Shown here in pieces: positions 24,502-37,747 of a stretch of DNA of 64,000 nt. The DNA lies in NCBI GenBank assembly GCA_965153285.1, contig OZ229119.1; one strand, given 5' to 3'. The stretch's first letter is position 1, and every line of letters starts with the position of its first letter. The notes under the pieces were generated by a model, which saw nothing but the letters and a program-made list of their open reading frames with translations, made no database searches and was not told the DNA's origin. Both the position numbers and the translations under genes were made by a program. The stretch is from Podarcis tiliguerta. Its lineage: Eukaryota.

Positions 24502-24899
24502 CTTTCAGACCAACACAAGCAGAACATCTGATGGGAGCATATGGAGGGGTGATGGGGTGCTTGGCTCAAGGGCTGCCTCTATAAGGCTCTCCAGTCCTCT
24601 GCCAAGTATGGGAGGGGTAATCAGGGCCAGGATATATATGTGAGGGCTTGGTTAAAACTGAGACTCCATGAGAACAAGCGATCAGCTCTCAGTGACTTGA
24701 GCAGGATCCTGACAACTCTGTATCTTATTGCTGTTATTGTTGATCTACATGTATGCTTAATGCCTGCCTTGTAGTGCCTTTTACTTCCCAATGTTTATGC
24801 TCTTAGATCTTGATCACAGGTTGGGACTCTACCTGACCTGCTGTCTCCATCATCTTCAGATTACTGATTTATGTGTCCTGTGGAATCTGCTTCTTCATA

Positions 24900-26165
24900 A
24901 CATGAACTATTGAAGATAAGACTGCCTTCAAAAAATGGAGGTCTTACCCAAAAGTAGAGAACAAAAAGGAACACAAACTTTGGCAAACAGACAATAAAGA
25001 GATGGTAAAAAAGAATTTGAGGAGCACTATGTTAAAAGTACAAAGACAAACAACAATAAGTTCTTTAAATACATTAGTAGCAGGAGATCATCTAAAGAGA
25101 TGGTTGGATCCTTGGATGACAAGAGAGTCAAATGTGTGCAAAAGGAGGATGAGAATATTGTGGCAAAGTTAAATTAATTATTTGCATCTGTCTTCACAAT
25201 GGAGGATATAGGACAGAGTCCAGTGCTGCAACTAACTTTTGCAGGAGGAAAGTCTGAGGAACTTAGGCAGACAGTGGTGATGAGAGATGAAATTGTAAGC
25301 CTAATAGACAAAATAAAAACTGACAAATCACTGGGTCCACATGGCATCCACCTGAGAGTTCTCAAATAACTCAAATGGGAAATTGCAGATCTTCTAACAA
25401 AAAAATGTAACTTATTCCTCAGATAAGTTTTCATACCAGAGGACCGTAAAGTAACTAATTTAACACCAATCCTGGAAATTACAGGCCAGTTATCTTAACT
25501 ATGTCCCAGAAAAACTGGTGGAAAGAATTGCTAAACATAAAATAATCAAGAATATGGAATAATAAGTCTCGCTGAAGTTGAATAAGCATAGTTTCTGGAA
25601 CGCCAAGTCCTTTCTCACAAAACTATTAGAATTCTTTGAGCGTGTCAACAAACATATAGACAGAGGTGATCCAGCTGACCGTGCACTTGGACTTTCAATT
25701 TACCCCCGAAAAGGTACCTCATCTAAGACTCCTGAGTAAGCTTAGCATTCATGGAATAAGAGAGGTCCTCTTTTGGATCAGGAATTGTTTAAGTAGCAGG
25801 AAGCAGAATGGGAATAAATGGACAGTTCTTCAAATTAAGAAATGCAGGAAGTGGATCAGTATTGGGACCTGTGCTTTTTGCCCTGTTCATAAATGATCTA
25901 GAGTTAGGGGTAATCCATGGCAGAAGATACTAAATTGTTCAGGGTCATTAAAAAGACCAAAAGGACCTCTACGAACTGAGTGAACGGGCTGTAAAAAAGC
26001 AAATGCAATTCTGTGTTAACAAGTATAAAGTGATGCATGTTGGGTGAAAACCTTAATTTCACATACACACCCTTGGGGTCTGAACTGTGAATGACTGACT
26101 AGGAATGAGACCTTAGGATCATAGTGGATAGCAGGGTGAAGAGGTTGACTCAGTGTTTGGCAGCT
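24900..26165 (+). mobile_element. CR1 LINE ORF2 fragment (degenerate)
   Basis: Broken CR1 motifs FASVFT, GPxGIHxRVLK, GNYRPVxL, LDFQ. Confidence 0.85.
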
Positions 26166-26560
26166 TAGGTTCAGGCTATCTGAAAGACCATATTCCCTCA
26201 TATGAACCTGATAGGGCTCGCCATTAAGATTTCAGCCCCGTGTCACCCTCACAAGCATGCTTTGTGGGAATGAAGGAAAGGGCCTTCTCAGTCGCTTATC
26301 TCAGATTCCTGAGCTCCCTTCCTAGAGAAGTGAGGCTGACTTCCCCCTTGCTGTCCTTCTGCTGGCAGGTGAAGACAGTTCTATTTCAACAGGACTTTGG
26401 GAACCAACTATTTTTTGAGGAAAGGGCTGTTACATGTATTAAAAGTATTGTCTGATCATTGCTGTACTTTTTAATTTGGCACTCAAGTCTTAGCAAAACC
26501 ATCCAGTAACTTTTAGGGGCAAATGTTGGAAATGTACAATACATTCAGAATAAAAAGTTA

Positions 26561-27014
26561 CTGTATTTTTCGCCCTATAAGACGCACTTTTCCCCCTCCA
26601 AAAATGAAGGGGAAATCTGTGTGCGTCCTATGGGGCGAATACAGGCTTTTGCTGAAGCTTGGAGAGCAAGAGGGGTCGGTGCGCACTGACCCCTCTCGCT
26701 CCCCAGGCTTCAGGAAGCTATCAGCAAGCCTGAGGAGCCATGCGGGAGTTCCCACAGGGCTCCCTACGCTGCGGATAGCAGCCTGCCGCCCGGCACGCAG
26801 GGCGCCGTGAAGAAGAGCGCCCCGCGCGCTGGGCAGACATCGGCCAGCCCCACAAGCTCGGGGGACAGCGGAGAGGCGCAGCGCTGCCATACCGCTGTTC
26901 CCCGACCTGGTTTGGTTTCCCCGACCTGGTTTTGGAGGGGGGAAAAGGGGGGGGAAATTTCCTTTATTTCCCCCCCAAAAAAACTAGGTGTGTCCTATGG
27001 GACGAAAAATACGG
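26561..27014. mobile_element. Tc1/mariner (Tc2-like) MITE, young and CpG-rich
   Basis: TA|CTGTATTTTTCGCCCTATAAGACGCAC...GTGTGTCCTATGGGACGAAAAATACGG|TA. Confidence 0.88.
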
Positions 27015-27266
27015 TATGTTTTTTTCATACAAACACGATTGAGGACTCTCCTGAAGTGTTTTTCCAGAACAGTAATAATTACTCCAAAGATCACCCATGT
27101 GTTCAGTTCACCCCACTTCTTCTCATTTGCCCCAAACAAGCATTTTCTCTCTCCTCAAAGTCTCATAATAAAACAATGTCTTTAAGTTGCAATGCTGAAA
27201 TCTGATGGGATGTTAAAATTACATCTGGAATAAGCTGCAGATTTTTACAAGCAAAATGTGTCTTAC

Positions 27267-27415
27267 CTTTTCAAAGTAAGGCCCACTATCTGGGGCTCCC
27301 ATGTCTTTGGAATTAGGAGGACGAAAACCTGGCCGACTCTTTCTCATAATGTCATTAAAATCCCCGAGATTCATCCCTCGTTTATCCACATCAAATTTCT
27401 TATCTTGGAGACCAC
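27267..27415 (-). CDS. TNRC6B: TNRC6B exon (149 nt)
   Basis: ctttcag|GTGGT...AAG|gtaaga; (G)[49 protein letters not shown]. Confidence 0.95.
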
Positions 27416-27845
27416 CTGAAAGGAAAAAGTGGGAAGTGGAAGCATTCATATGAGTGGCTGTTATAGGTTTGCGGCAACATAAATTACTAAATGAAGTATT
27501 TTCCACTTATACTCATATACTACAATAACTACAAAAATTCCTTAGCGGCCTTATTATAAATGTATTAAATACATTTTTAGCCTACCCTTCATCATATGAT
27601 CTAATGTTCAGCTATAATAATTCCTATAAAATCAAAGGAGCAGGTAAGAACACATTATGTCTTTGCAAAGAAAGACTCAGGCAAACAAGTAGGCCTTTAC
27701 CTGCTGCTGAAACACCAGACATATTGGTGCCAGTTATACTTCCAAGGCAATGGCAATGGGGGGGGGGGCGGACCTCAGAATATACTTGTCCTGATGGTGG
27801 GATGTGCAGGGGGGGCCTAGTTCCTAGATAAAGGGACAATGATTA

Positions 27846-28024
27846 CTGTATTTACTCGAATCCAATGCTCACTTTTTTGGCCAAATTACGTTGCAAAAAT
27901 TAAGGTGCACATTAGATTTGATGGGACATTTACATTTGCCAGAAAATCCTTTTTTTTGTTTCAAGGTTTTGAAAATTGAGGTGCAAATTAGATTCAATGG
28001 CATATCAGACTCGAGTAAATACGG
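27846..28024. mobile_element. Tc2-like MITE nested in the L2 fragment
   Basis: CTGTATTTACTCGAATC...GACTCGAGTAAATACGG TIRs. Confidence 0.8.
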
Positions 28025-28367
28025 CATTTCAGATATTTGGGTGTCAAGTCATTTAGGGCTTTGTAGGTGAATAATGGTACCTTAAATTCCATCTGGAAGC
28101 ATACAGGCAGCCAATGCAGATCTTTCAGAATCAGAGTTTATGTGATATGAGCTAACATTCTGACAGAATGTATTCTGTATTACTGTCACTTCCAGACCAT
28201 CTTCAAAGGTGTGCCCATGTACAGTGTATTAGAATCTAAATGGAATATTACTAGGGGGTGGGTAACCCTGGCAGGATATCTGTCCAGAAACAGACATAGC
28301 TGGCAAACCAGCAAGAGTAAAAAAAGGCACTCGCACACTGGAGGTCCAAGGACTTGAGGGGCACAAA

Positions 28368-28577
28368 ATGTGCTAGACCAGTGTCTAGAGGCAGCAATGG
28401 GGGCAAATAAAAGAAGGCTGAATCCTGACACATACACACCCTAACTTTGCACCTGCTGTTTGTGGGTGCGTTCACCTACCCAATTCCCAGACCCAAGAAC
28501 CGGGGCTTCTATCTTGTCAGGATTCAGCCTTCTTTTATTTCCCACTATTGCTGCCTCTAGAAACTGGTCTAGCACAT
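28368..28577. repeat. Inverted repeat, 63-bp arms, 84-nt spacer
   Basis: 28368-28430 versus the reverse complement of 28515-28577: 59/63 identical. Confidence 0.95.
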
Positions 28578-29787
28578 AGCCTCACCTGACTTGAAATGAA
28601 AATGAGAAACAGAGCTGGATATCATCAGCATACTGCTGACACTGCAATCATGCTGGGAAACATCATTTTCTGAATACGTCCCCCAGTGGCTACAAATAGA
28701 CATTAAAGCACATGAGGGGCAAGATGGAACTTTGCAGGACCCCATGCCTGCATGGGGCTAAGCATAAGTCCTCTATAACTACTTTCTAGAATGAGTTCTG
28801 ACAATTTAGGTAAGTTATTAGTCTGTTTCTCCTTCAAGTGGTTATAATTTTACAGAGCTCTGTCATGACAATCTTCTCTAAGACGGGGAAGCTTCATTTA
28901 GTTAAACTGTTGACAGAAAAAAAAAACTATGATTCCACCCATTCAGACAAGCAACATCCTAAAAGCATCACTACCTGGCAGTCCTACTGATCTTGAGGCC
29001 TGCAAGTTTCCCCAGTACTGAGCAGGAGAGAAACATCAGCTGTGGTTTACTGACTGCCTTTCAGGCCACAGACCCTCTTCCCAAGACCCTGGAGGACCCC
29101 GAATACCGTCTGTGCTAGCTAGTATAGAGAAGGTAGATGGGAGAGGCCAGCAAACCCAACTGCACATCACTGCCTTACAGCCCAGCTGACTGTGAGGCTT
29201 GTACTTGTTAAATGGGAAATATTAATTTATGTTGTTGTAATTTTGCTTGTTTGCCTTGAGATAATTTTTTTTAATTTGTTTATGGGTCTCATTTATATAC
29301 AAATTGTTTATATTGTTTTTCTGTTTATTTTCATTTGCTCCCTGCTCTGGGAATGAAAACATTCAATGAAGAGTGGGCTATAAATACTGTAAAAACACAC
29401 ACACACAAACCTCCCTTCATACTACCACTAAGCAAATCAGTTTTTCTTTCTCCACAGTAGGTCTTTGACATTTTCTCTACAAGTCCATGAATCATTATGT
29501 ACTATTCAACAGAATGAAACCCAGTTATCACAAACGGACTTTGTGCAAGGACGGTCTGTTTATTAATGCACTCAGTAACCAGACTTAGTCCCTTCCCATT
29601 ATCCTAGCTCAAACTTTCATTCTTTCATTGTCATCAGCTACACACCAAATTATATAAAAGGTCCTTAAGCTGTTCTAAAATCATTTTGCAAAAGGCCACA
29701 TACTGCTTTATTATACTATTTTCAAAGCCAAGCACTTCAGCCTCATGAACCAAATCAGTTTTTCTTATTGCCATATTAGGTACACAC

Positions 29788-29833
29788 CTACTGATAAGTC
29801 CATTTTACTGCCCGGAGTGTCTTCAGTTTGATT
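29788..29833 (-). CDS. TNRC6B: TNRC6B small exon (46 nt)
   Basis: tttccag|AATCAA...GTAG|gtgtgt; NQTEDTPGSKMDLSV. Confidence 0.92.
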
Positions 29834-30941
29834 CTGGAAAAGAAAGAGAAAAAACACTAGAATGTATTATGCTGTTCAATATAAAATCCAGTATTGGGGG
29901 GGGGGCATGCATTTTATAAATTAAAGAGGTGAATTGGCAGGCTTAAAAATAGCATACTGAACTAACCTTGAGCATAGCCTTTTCTAATTGCTGGTGGTGA
30001 TGTGTGTCCAAAAATACAGCCAGAAATGTATGAACCAATAGCACAGAGAAACAGAGAGAAAAATAGCTGGACAGCTGCTCTGGACACAAACCTCTCTATC
30101 CTGACATTTCTGTGGTCAAGGGATTATATTCTGAGAACAGCAGCCAGAATGTTACTTCATCCTCAAGATGCATCTAGTCTTAAAATGTGCTGCCAAGTAA
30201 TCCTTGTGTTGGCAGTATGGGACAGGATGTTCCCGTAACTCTGGAAAGGTGCAACTATTTAACCCAGTGAGCTGGAGTTTGGATTGACATGGTATTTGCT
30301 ACCAAACCCTGGGTGACTCTCAGGAGTAACATAAGCATTATCACAGCACTACAATAGCTTCCCTCCTAATTGGCTATTAAAAAAAATACGCCATATGCCA
30401 AGCAGTGTGTTCTCCAACTCCCCCCCCCCCCCAAAGTCCAGCACAGAAACTTGTCTGTGTTCTCCTCAGTTACAGTAGCTTAGAATGTATACATAATACA
30501 CTCTGTGTTTGATCTAAATTTATATTACACACTGCTTCCAACTGGATTGCACCTATAAAACACTATATAAATAACTAAATAAATAATTGAGGATCTCGGG
30601 CCAAATTTAACTATCCGATTTCACTAGCAGAAGCCAGTGCAAAGGTTCCCACAAATCCTTTCTGGAGGGTTGGGCAATGTCCCGGAGAAGACCATAGGTG
30701 GAGAAAAGATATTGCTCCATCAGTGCAAGCATTTCTGCTTGACCAACAGAACTATCTCCTTAGTGTTTTATTGAATTCCACCCTGTATCTCATCCAGAAG
30801 GCAAAAGCTTCCCAGCTTGGTCACCTGTAGACAATACTTATTCATGGAGGTGCCTAGGACAGATAGCTGTTTGTAGTCTGTTAAATACGGGTCAGTAAAC
30901 AGTTTATATAAAACATAATTATGACATTTTAAAAGCCTTAC

Positions 30942-31016
30942 TAGTAATCCCATATTTGACATCTGATCAGATAAAGAATTCATCCACGAATCACTGCTTC
31001 CTCCTTTTAACGAACA
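30942..31016 (-). CDS. TNRC6B: TNRC6B exon with NES-like motif (75 nt)
   Basis: ctttag|TGTTCG...CTA|gtaagg; CSLKGGSSDSWMNSLSDQMSNMGLL. Confidence 0.93.
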
Positions 31017-33167
31017 CTAAAGCAAAGAAACAATTTATCAGTTTATTTCACCATGCAGTGACTAAGAATGAAAGCTTAAAAAAGCAATTCCCTGTTTCAA
31101 GTATCAAATGTCATAAATAAACCCAGTAAGCTTTAGACATGCTGCTCAAGCCTTGGTTCTCTCTTCTTTAGTGAAAGGGCCTACCTTACAGTGGGGGCTG
31201 GTTAGGAAGGTTTATTAAAATACTAAGCAGATTTACCAAATACTGTTACTATTATTCCTTGGAAACTTAAGGTATACAGAATTTAGGAAATGGAGCAGAT
31301 GATAAATTGCTGCAAGCTCTTCAATCTCTTTAACAGGTTTATTCTGTTAGCATAATGTCAGTAGAGCCAAGGAGATATCAGAACCCATTATTTGAAGTAA
31401 TTCACTAAGAAATAACTCCATGAAATACAAACATAAAGGATTAGAACAATTTAAAACCCCAAGGAAGGAAACAAAAAGACAACAATCCCTGCATTTACTG
31501 GTTGGCATGATTCCTTTAACTTTAGCACTGAAACATGTTAGTTAAAAAGAATATCACACTAGCCAGGCCCATAAACCATCTATCAGCTGAACAGTACACT
31601 TAGGGTTGTATCCAGTGCTGTGCAAGCACAGCTCCACTCATACAACAGGACTTCTGCTTTCTCTCTTCAACATCATCAAAATCTACTGAGGGTCCCCCAA
31701 GCCTACAGAGCTGATTTTGAGGTCATATGAGGGGCTGAAGGGACAGGAGAGGAAAAAGAAGCACAATTGTGCACACAGAAGTCTGTTGCGTAAGTAGAGC
31801 TGCAACATTGGATCCAACCTCTCATATTCAAAGATGAACATATCAGTCTAACAATATATAATTTCGTATGTAGATATTTATTTATTTAGTACACTTATCC
31901 TGCCTTTCTACCATCATGGAACTGAATACAGTGTACAAGGGGTTCAGTAGCTGACCAGACACAGAGCTGCTTAAGTTTCAGCAAGGTGGCTGCAAAATGT
32001 GCCCTCAGATCATGCCCTGGGGTATAACTTGTGTGTAGTGAAACAACTGCAATCTCCAATCTCCAGGCAGTAAAAAAAGGGACAGTTACCTAGAGCAATT
32101 TCCACACGTTTCCTAACGTAGGAAATTCAACACATTTGAAGAAACTCAAAATAAATTCAGCTTATCTTCTTTAAAAAGCTACAATTTCATTATTTTCTTA
32201 CTTTACAAAGCTGTCAGGTAGCTCTTTTAGCTTTGTAAGTGTCTATTTCTCATACCTTCTGAAAGTGAACTAAGATGCAGGGGAGAACTGGGCTAGTTTT
32301 TGTCCTTGATATGTCCATTGTTTTATGCTTTTGCTAAAAAGTGCTAAAAGTGTTTTTGCCACTGAAATTATCTCTGATTTTAAGCTTTCAGTTACTTACA
32401 GCTGAAGAAACAAATGTTCCCAGGTGATGCATGTAATTAATACTACACCAGCCTTCCCCAACATGATGCCATCCAGATCCTTTGGACTGTAAATCTATTC
32501 CACTTACCACTGGCTTTGTGGTTGACACTGATGGGAGGTGCCGTTCCAAACATCTGAAGGTATTAGACTAGAGAAGGCTGTACTGCACCGAAACCAGTTT
32601 TTAGTTGGGCAACCCATTAAGCATGTCAACGCACTTTGCTCCCCATCTTACTCCAGACACACTTCACCTTCCTTGCTAATAAAAAATGGCTGCATGTTGT
32701 ATAACTCCCCTCAGAAGACTTTAAGAAACATTTCAGTGGATGCCTGTAGCCCAGCTTGCTGATATCTGAGACTGATGTCAGCAAGTGAAATAAGCAACAT
32801 AGGGCATTTTCTGCCAAAATGGGCACACTGATTGAAAAGTATCCACGCCTGAAGACTTTTGCAAACCCCAAAAGATACAAACAATGATGTGTTGCATTCA
32901 ACAGTAAAACCAGTAAAACTGCATTCAGCAGTAAAGCCTGCTTATGGGCTTCCCAAGAGCATCTGCTTAGCCACTGTGAGAACAGGATACCGAACCAAAT
33001 GACTTGATTCAGCAGGGCTATTCTTAAGTTAAGCAGTCATTACACGTGCCATCATTCAATACCAACAGATGTGCATAATTAAGATTATTTATTGCTAGCA
33101 GTTACCCTAAAAGGTTTGATGTTTCATGTATCTAGAGAAATATTGCACCATATAAGCATTTTCTCAC

Positions 33168-33346
33168 CTTAATCTGTGGTTTCTTTCCTCCTTGTCCCCA
33201 GCTTGTTGAATTATGGGAGGAACTGCTTCCCTGAGAGCCTGCTGTGTTCCAGACTCCTCCTTCCTCCTCTTCTTCCCAGCTGGAATGCCTTGTTCCTGAT
33301 ACTGGCCCATCATTATCCCCCCAACCATCTTGAGGTGGTTTGGAAC
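33168..33346 (-). CDS. TNRC6B: TNRC6B exon, GW repeats / Ago-hook region (179 nt)
   Basis: catcgaag|GTTCC...AAG|gtgaga; (S)[59 protein letters not shown]. Confidence 0.94.
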
Positions 33347-35092
33347 CTTCGATGGGGAGGAAAACATTGTCAAAAGCTAATCACAATTATTAACTCGCTT
33401 GACTTTATTATACCACATGGCAAAATCAAGGGGTTACAGCAGAGAACCTCAACCTTTATGGCCCTGGGGCACATTTGCAAGTTTAAGAAACTGCTGTCAA
33501 CACAAAAAAATGCCTATGTTATAGAAGAAGAAATGACAATGGTCAGAACTTTACTCCCCAAATAGGAAGAACACCTACACACCACAAAACAAAACATGAA
33601 CATACAGGCAATGCCCTCAAAAAAGGCAAAAAAATCAGAAGATTGTGAAGGGAAGGCTTCCTTGGTGAGCCCATGGGAGCCACAATGGAGACAGCAAAGT
33701 TATTCCCCCCACCTCAGTATTTGCTGAGAAGTTAAGTCTCCTTGTATTCAATACGAGTTAGTTCAAAGATGTGTGCATAGGATAATAGCCTTAATGTTTT
33801 TTGATTTGGAATAAAGGAGACGAACAAAAAGACACCAAATATCACAAGACATAGGTCTGGGTGTTAATGAACAGAAATAGTTTTCAGTTTCATATTCTAC
33901 AGCAGCAGTTATAAAAACTGTGGGGTTTTTTCAAGTAAAATATTCCTTTAGCTGCATTATCAAGGAGAACCTCTTTTCTACAGAAATATACTACTACATG
34001 AAAGGAGAATGGTCAGAAGCTTGCAAGTAGCCACAAAGAAACCCTAGAACAGGGGTGAACAACATGGTTCCCTCCAGATACTGCTTGGAAGTCCAACAAT
34101 ATCTGAACAGCACCATGTTGCAGGCATCTGCACTAGAAAACTGCCCTTACTACTAGTGACTAGATATCAAGGTAATGGCTAATTTGCAGTCTAATTCTGC
34201 TTAATGTCATGCAAATATAGAGGTACGATACTGGCACTGTAACTTTTAAAAGCCCCTAATAGTATTACTGTATTAATAATTTCATCCACTAGAGATTTCT
34301 TTTATACTACACTTGTCTTAAAGCTTAAACTTTTGTGTTCCAATTAATGCACTAATGAGGATTCAAAATCCTGTAAGATGCCCTTCAATAGCAAACTTGA
34401 AATACAACACTAAGCTGATACGTAACCCTAAAAGTTCAGCTTCCTAGAGTTGGAAAAACTCACCTATATATATATATGCACAAAATAAAATTTGTAACTT
34501 CTGACCACCCAAGGGCATTACTTTTCAAGAAACCATAAAGGGGTAGCTGTCATGCTCCCCTCATTTCCTCACATTTAACAATATAGCCTTTAGACTTTGT
34601 TTTAGCGAGATCTGTATTTTGTTGAAAGAACAACGTTTTGTGACAAAGTGCATTAGAATGATAGGTTTCAACTACCCCACCATGCTAGCAGAAGCTAGCA
34701 CAAGGACTCTTGCTAGTGCAAAGGGCCTCACCCCCCCCCCCAATTCTCCTCCCCTGGGCCTCCTTCAATTCCGCCTCTGGAGGGTTGGGTGAATCCCCAG
34801 AACACTGAGCATGGAGGGGAGATAGTTCCTTCAGGCAGACAAAAATGATTGTGCTGATGGAACGATCTCCTTAGTGCTACGTTGAATTTAGAGATACACC
34901 TGGATTACTGCCATTTTCCAATTCCTAACCACATAACCCTCCAACAGAATTATTATTGTGCTATTTTCAATAATCTGACCAGGCAGATAAAAGCATTAAC
35001 ATGGAGTAAGTATATTAGACTTTGTTATATCGGAATGGTAATTATCATCAAACACACGTAAGATTCACAGCAGAAGAACAGAGTGCCTACAT

Positions 35093-35222
35093 CAGAGATG
35101 GGGAATCTGTGATCCTCCAAATACTGCTAGACTACAACTCCCATCATCACTGACTGCTAGTCATCAGCTGGGGCTGATGGGAGTCTAACTGACATCTGGA
35201 GGGCCAGAGATTCCCACCCCTG
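35093..35222. mobile_element. Short palindromic hAT MITE (related copies near 32450-32580, 34049-34130, 57420-57530)
   Basis: CAGAGATGGGGAA...TTCCCACCCCTG with internal GACTACAACTCCCATCA; TSD-like ctacat on both sides. Confidence 0.75.
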
Positions 35223-35596
35223 CACTACATGCTTCTTGACCATTTAATGACGCAAACAGCCTAGTCCACTCTGATGAATACTGACATTTTACCTTGCCTC
35301 TGTTATCTACCTTACAAGGGACCAGGGAGCTTCAATTAGTGACTAATTACCTTGTGTTAGGTTGACAAAGGGGGGGGGGGGTCCTCCATTGCTTCCTTGC
35401 CTACTATGCCATCTTTGCCCAAGATATAGTACTAATCCAATCAGGTGTGTAAAAATTTCCTCTATTATTACCATGCTAGAGCTGAAAAAAACACCAGACA
35501 TGGGCGCAGCACCATACCCTCATTCAGAAACCTATTTGTTTTTTTATCTAAAAGTACATAAAATTGTTACAGAAATGGCAACTGGCAAGTACTCAC

Positions 35597-35752
35597 TAGG
35601 TTTTATGGCATTTGGTGCAGTGGAGGGTCCATTTCCCCAACCTGTAGAAGCCCCTGTATCATCAGCTTCACCCCATCCAGGGCTGGTTTCATTTGGTTCA
35701 CCCCAAGCAGCTGTACCATTATCTGGAGCAGGAGGTGTGCTTTTGTTCCAGA
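35597..35752 (-). CDS. TNRC6B: TNRC6B symmetric (phase 1-1), probably cassette exon, Ago-hook DNGTAAWG motif (156 nt)
   Basis: tatgaag|TCTGG...CCTA|gtgagt; (V)[51 protein letters not shown]. Confidence 0.92.
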
Positions 35753-36441
35753 CTTCATATAGAAAGAGTTTTCATTATGCACTTTTAATGAATTGAAGTT
35801 GCTTTCTGACATACAGCACAGCATCAACTGAGAAAAATCTACATATTTCTATACTGCTGACCCCATTCTGTCATACTTTAGTGTTTGTTCTGACTCTTAC
35901 ACCACATGATTCTTAGTGTAAAAGAAAAACACACAAACAGTGTGATAATGTAGTATTATTGTACTAAAATGAGAGTCTGATCCTATCCGCAAAACAAGCT
36001 CTGTCAATAATTAGATGTTCTATATGCTAAGGCAAAGACTTTAAGCAAATGTTTTAAAAATATACCTGAATGAGGTCAGAAAAATGGTAATATAAGAGGA
36101 AAATCATGTTACATTGCAATGTAACAAACTGTATATGCAGACACCTGAAGTTTGCTAGAAAAACCAAGGGTCTGCAATAGTTGAAAGTAAGAGAAACTGG
36201 GTGAGGGGAGGTGACTGGCAAGGAAGGATAAGCACTCCCTTTTTTCGATGCACATCACCCTTCCCAACACAGAAGGGGGCCTGGGTGCTTTGCTGCACCT
36301 AACTGCAGTTGAACATTCAACAAAAAAATGGCTTTTTACATAATGCTGCTGAATTACATTGTCACTTCTAGGGAAAGCAAAGTAATTCAAGAAAAATTGG
36401 ATAATTTGAATCATTAACTAATCCTATTTGTTACTTTAAAA

Positions 36442-36776
36442 CAGAGGTAGCGAATATGTTTGCCCTGGCAGGCCAAATCTTGATCTCCCCCAATTCCAAC
36501 TTTGACAGGTAAGCAAGACCATCCACCGGTAAATCATCTGATGTCATAACCAGGTGATCGTTGAATGTTTTGGAAGTGCTATGTGAAGAGTTTTGCAATT
36601 TCTGTGTTCAGTGCTTCCCAAGCACTTTGCAACAGCCCCCTCTGACAAAGTCCCATAATTATCTGCCCCACTGGTGGGGTAGTTGGGTATGGCTTGGATA
36701 AAACATCCTGGTGGGCCAAATGGAGAGATAGGGCAAGTCAAATTTGGCATGCGGGCCAAAGATACCCTACCCCTAC
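36442..36776. mobile_element. hAT-type non-autonomous element
   Basis: CAGAGGTAGCGAA left end; GCGGGCC...CCCTACCCCT right end. Confidence 0.55.
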
Positions 36777-37747
36777 TGTAAATTAACTGCAGGCCCAATG
36801 CTGCCTGTAGATGAAGCTATATATTTCTACTGAAGAAACAAGGATGCAAACTGACTCACAAAAACCACCATTACTGGTAATGATGCATCTTGAGAGACAA
36901 GTCCCCTTACCCACAATCCAAAGATAATAGTGTACAGCAACAGACTGCATATACCAGTCAGCTTTGAAAGCACCAATCACCAGCTGGATAAGAGAGCTGA
37001 ATTCAATGCCCACAGACCCTTCACCACCATTCCCCAAGACAGTGATCAGGATGAGGCCCCAATTCAGCACTAAAATAGTACATGTGGTCCTGGAGGTTAA
37101 ACAATGGGATCCAGCTATGGGAATCATGCAGAAAGTTCCTGGCTCAGCAGGAAATACACATATACAGGTTGAGTCTTTTAAAAGAGGCCCCGTGGAACTT
37201 GTATATCCACAGGTCCTCTTTTAAAGGACTCACCCTGTAGAAGCCTTCTACTGTTCACAGATCCCCTTGATAGTAACAAGTGGGTGTCTTAATTCAAAAT
37301 TTTAGTGACAGTAAGCTGGTAGCTTGCAAAAACACCCTTTTAGGGCATAGCTTCAGCAGGTGTATTTGCACATATACACATACATTCAGCTTAAGTAATA
37401 GGATCAAGACTGCACATGGATGGGATCCTTGTGGTGACATACAGATGAAGTTTCAAGCACCACTGGCTGCAGATTGTTCTGTGTTAACACTATTCCCCCT
37501 TTCACAAGTTAAACACATTGGGGATCCCCTCTCCCAGTTCCCTGACACAGCAAACAGCCTTACTTGTGAACAGTGAACATTTCACATGAAGCCATAATTA
37601 AACAGACACCTCTTTGATATATGAAGTCGTGTCTCCAAAATTTCAAATGACACAGACCTAGCTACAGAATGCAGGTACCCTCTCACCATATTTAGATCTG
37701 CATTTACTAGTTTGCATTACAATGAAGAAGGCAAATAAAAGGAATAC

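Larger units (their letters stand above)
27650..28790 (-). mobile_element. L2/CR1-group LINE reverse-transcriptase fragment
   Basis: Minus-strand QYADD (about 28621-28635) and VTHPLVIFHLDSNTLYMGTPLKMVWK, resembling the L2 motif HALVTSRLDYCNALY. Confidence 0.8.

Noticed and set aside
26523-27205. CpG-rich block with ORFs suggesting a CpG-island promoter or gene
   Set aside because: Lies within a TIR/TA-bounded Tc2-like MITE. The same applies to the CpG block at 44178-44352 (hAT MITE).
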